From a virus (lineage: Duplodnaviria; Heunggongvirae; Uroviricota; Caudoviricetes), in the IMG/VR virus record IMGVR_UViG_2585427657_000002: 44,098 nt of DNA. One strand, given 5' to 3'. A program made the translations under genes and the position numbers. This document shows positions 41,451 to 44,098 of the stretch, piece by piece (positions within the stretch are counted from its first letter, which is position 1; the number at the start of each line of letters is the position of its first letter). A model generated the notes under the pieces. The model saw only the letters and a list, made by a program, of their open reading frames with translations. It did not search any database and was not told where the DNA came from.

Positions 41451-43517
41451 GTGAATATGGCAGTACAGATTTCAGGCGTGCTGAAAGACGGTGCAGGAAA
41501 ACCGATACAGAACTGCACCATTCAGCTCAAAGCAAAACGTAACAGCACCACGGTTGTGGTGAACACGGTGGCCTCAGAAAATCCGGATGAAGCCGGACGT
41601 TACAGCATGGATGTCGAGTATGGCCAGTACAGCGTTATCCTGCTGGTTGAAGGTTTTCCGCCTTCACATGCCGGGGCCATCACCGTGTATGAGGATTCTA
41701 AGCCGGGGACATTGAATGATTTTCTGGGCGCTGCAACAGAAGATGATGTTCGTCCGGAGGCACTGTATCGTTTTGAAAAGATGGTGGAAGAGGTGGCACG
41801 CAACGCTGAAGCCGCCTCTCAGAGCGCAGCGGCAGCAAAGAAATCAGAAACAGCAGCGGCATCGTCCAGGAATGCGGCGAAAACATCAGAGACGAATGCA
41901 GGTAACAGCGCGAAAGCGGCAGCTTCTTCAAAAACAGCCGCACAAAACGCAGCAACAGCGGCAGAACGTTCAGAGACAAATGCCCGTGCGTCAGAAGAAG
42001 CCTCCGCAGACAGTGAAGAGGCTTCCCGCCGTAATGCAGAGTCAGCCGCTGAAAATGCCGGAGTCGCCACCACAAAAGCGCGGGAGGCCGCAGCAGACGC
42101 AACAAAGGCCGGGCAGAAAAAGGATGAGGCTCTGTCGGCAGCGACACGGGCTGAAAAGGCGGCAGACCGCGCAGAAGTCGCAGCGGAAGTGACTGCAGAG
42201 CCCTATGCGAATATAGTGCCGCCGCTGCCTGATGTGTGGATACCGTTTAACGATTCACTGGATATGATTGCGGGTTTTTCTCCGGGCTATAAAAAAATAG
42301 CTATTGGTGACGATGTGGTTCAGGTCGCCAGTGATAAACAGGTTAATTTCAGTCGCGCATCAACGGCAACATATATCAACAAATCTGGCGAACTGAAAAC
42401 GGCGGAAATTAATGAGCCGCGATTTGAGTGTGATGGCCTGCTTATTGAGGGACAAAGAACGAACTACATGCTCAATTCGGAAAGTCCAGCCAGCTGGGGG
42501 AAGTCATCAAACATGGATGTGCCCGAAACCGGGACAGATAGTTTTGGTTTTACTTATGGAAAGTTTGTCTGCAACGATTCTCTGGTTGGGCAAACTTCGG
42601 CTATTAATATGGCATCAATTGCTGCAACAAAGTCAGTTGATGTCTCAGGCGATAACAAGTACGTGACAACCTCATGCCGTTTTAAAACAGAACGACAGGT
42701 AAGGTTACGTATACGGTTTGATAAGTATGATGGTAGTGCAACAACTTTTCTTGGCGATGCGTACATTGATACGCAAACGCTTGAAATTAATATGACAGGT
42801 GGGGCTGCCGGCAGAATTACGGCACGAGTCAGGAAGGATAAGACCACAGGCTGGATTTTTGCAGAGGCAACGATTCAGGCAATTGATGGTGAGTTAAAAA
42901 TAGGCTCTCAGATACAGTATTCTCCTGAGCGGGGTGGGGCAACAGTATCTGGTGACTATATTTATCTTGCCACCCCACAAGTAGAGAATGGGCCGTGTGT
43001 ATCATCATTTATTATTTCAGGAGGCAGCGCAACGACAAGAGCCAGTGATTTGGTTAGTATCCCCACCAGAAATAATCTTTATAAGTTACCATTTACTTTT
43101 TTACTTGAGATTCATAAAAACTGGGATATTGCACCAAACGCCGCACCCCGCGTGTGGGATATAGCAGCAGCCAATACCGGGCAATCAGCAATTGCAGCAA
43201 TCAACAGAGGTAGTGGTAAGTTATATATGAGTCTGTCAAACCCTTCAGGCTTGTATGTTAATAGTGCAGCGACAGATGTATTTGCAGAGAAAACCACATT
43301 TGGATGTATTGCAAAAGCTGATGGTCACTTTCATGTGGTGACAAATGGTAAAGCGGTTAATGAAGTTTATTGTGAATATAATGGTGTGACCGCTGATAAA
43401 AATATCCGATTTGGAGGGCAGACGAATACTGGAGAACGACATCTGTTTGGCCATATTCGCAATTTCCGCATATGGCATAAAGAATTAAATGACAGGCAAT
43501 TAAAAGAGGTCGTATGA
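41451..43517 (+). CDS. stf: Side tail fibre protein (Stf-type N-terminus and Ala-rich shaft; divergent C-terminal distal domain)
   Basis: N-terminus MAVQISGVLKDGAGKPIQNCTIQLKAKRNSTTVVVNTV...GRYSMDVEYGQYSVIL resembles lambda Stf; Ala/Ser-rich repeats with recurring SETNA motif; last ~430 aa unrelated to lambda Stf, ending ...RNFRIWHKELNDRQLKEVV. Confidence 0.8.
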   Translation: MNMAVQISGVLKDGAGKPIQNCTIQLKAKRNSTTVVVNTVASENPDEAGRYSMDVEYGQYSVILLVEGFPPSHAGAITVYEDSKPGTLNDFLGAATEDDVRPEALYRFEKMVEEVARNAEAASQSAAAAKKSETAAASSRNAAKTSETNAGNSAKAAASSKTAAQNAATAAERSETNARASEEASADSEEASRRNAESAAENAGVATTKAREAAADATKAGQKKDEALSAATRAEKAADRAEVAAEVTAEPYANIVPPLPDVWIPFNDSLDMIAGFSPGYKKIAIGDDVVQVASDKQVNFSRASTATYINKSGELKTAEINEPRFECDGLLIEGQRTNYMLNSESPASWGKSSNMDVPETGTDSFGFTYGKFVCNDSLVGQTSAINMASIAATKSVDVSGDNKYVTTSCRFKTERQVRLRIRFDKYDGSATTFLGDAYIDTQTLEINMTGGAAGRITARVRKDKTTGWIFAEATIQAIDGELKIGSQIQYSPERGGATVSGDYIYLATPQVENGPCVSSFIISGGSATTRASDLVSIPTRNNLYKLPFTFLLEIHKNWDIAPNAAPRVWDIAAANTGQSAIAAINRGSGKLYMSLSNPSGLYVNSAATDVFAEKTTFGCIAKADGHFHVVTNGKAVNEVYCEYNGVTADKNIRFGGQTNTGERHLFGHIRNFRIWHKELNDRQLKEVV

Positions 43518-43792
43518 AAGATTTAACTTTGAAGTTTCATGACAAACTGCAGTTTAAGGCCTTCCTGTCATCTCTTGACTGGGAGGAGGATGAAGACCTC
43601 CAGAATAAACTGTTAGTCGATGAAATTGGTTTCACCTACACAGAAACAGGGGTAACAGAAGAGGGAGAACCTGTCTGTGTCCGGAATGACGGTTATTTTG
43701 TCAACATTCGCATTCTTGATGACTTGTTTGATGTTTCTGTATTCTCTGATTATGTCGTGGAGCTGGAAACACCGCTTCGGGAATGGAGCTGA
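43514..43792 (+). CDS. Hypothetical acidic protein (92 aa), translationally coupled to stf
   Basis: ATGA overlap with stf stop; MKDLTLKFHDKLQFKAFLSSLDWEEDEDLQNKLLVDEIGFTYTE...; not a recognisable Tfa. Confidence 0.5.
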   Translation: MKDLTLKFHDKLQFKAFLSSLDWEEDEDLQNKLLVDEIGFTYTETGVTEEGEPVCVRNDGYFVNIRILDDLFDVSVFSDYVVELETPLREWS

Positions 43793-43804
43793 AAGGAGGA
43801 AATA

Positions 43805-44098
43805 ATGGATATAAGCCCCTTACTTCATGCGCTTTGTGCTGTGGCTGCGCAGATACTGGTTGGTCTTTTTACCGGAAACTGGGCTTACGGAGCGATAGCC
43901 GGTTGTACGTTCTTCATTGCGCGTGAACATACCCAGGCAGAATATCGCTGGATTGAAATGTTCGGGCATGGCAAGCGAATGAATATGCCGTGGTGGGGCG
44001 GTTTTGATCCGCGAGCTTGGGATGTGGCAAGCCTGATGGATTTTGCTGTGCCGGTGGTGGCGTGTCTGCTGGTCTGGCTGTTGGTTAATCGTGGGTGA
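43805..44098 (+). CDS. Hypothetical small integral membrane protein (97 aa)
   Basis: GGAGG 6 nt upstream of ATG; hydrophobic segments LLHALCAVAAQILVGLF, AYGAIAGCTFFIA, FAVPVVACLLVWLLV; stop codon is the last three bases of the window. Confidence 0.5.
   Translation: MDISPLLHALCAVAAQILVGLFTGNWAYGAIAGCTFFIAREHTQAEYRWIEMFGHGKRMNMPWWGGFDPRAWDVASLMDFAVPVVACLLVWLLVNRG

Noticed and set aside
41716-42192. 158-aa Arg/Gln-rich ORF in an alternative frame of stf
   Set aside because: Lies within the Ala-rich repetitive stf shaft; a frame artefact of GC/GCA-rich repeats.

Overview
This window is almost entirely a lambda-like (lambdoid) prophage of an enterobacterial host, read from the int end (left) to the side tail fibre (right). 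Gene order is: int fragment, IS911, IS3-type end fragments, sieB, N, a two-gene operon of unknown function, cI, cro, cII, O (with ori iterons), P, ren, nin region (ninB, an adenine methyltransferase, ninE, rusA, ylcG), Q, an oppositely oriented porin moron, a phage-21-type lysis cassette (pinholin, SAR endolysin, Rz/Rz1), bor, a TonB-C-like lipoprotein, cos, and lambda-type head and tail genes Nu1 through J followed by a side tail fibre. Product calls rest on reading the translated ORFs against lambda, phage 21 and DLP12 protein sequences as I remember them; no database search was run. The most interesting locus is the two-gene operon immediately downstream of cI (3351..4657, minus strand), sitting where lambda carries rexA-rexB, with proteins I cannot assign to any family. 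Other points: int is truncated by IS911 and the xis-to-ral region is missing; cI is split by in-frame stops; and the region 11968..22234 holds perfect segmental duplications giving four cos copies, including a perfect fold-back palindrome, which may be an assembly artefact. No tRNA, rRNA or CRISPR array was seen.
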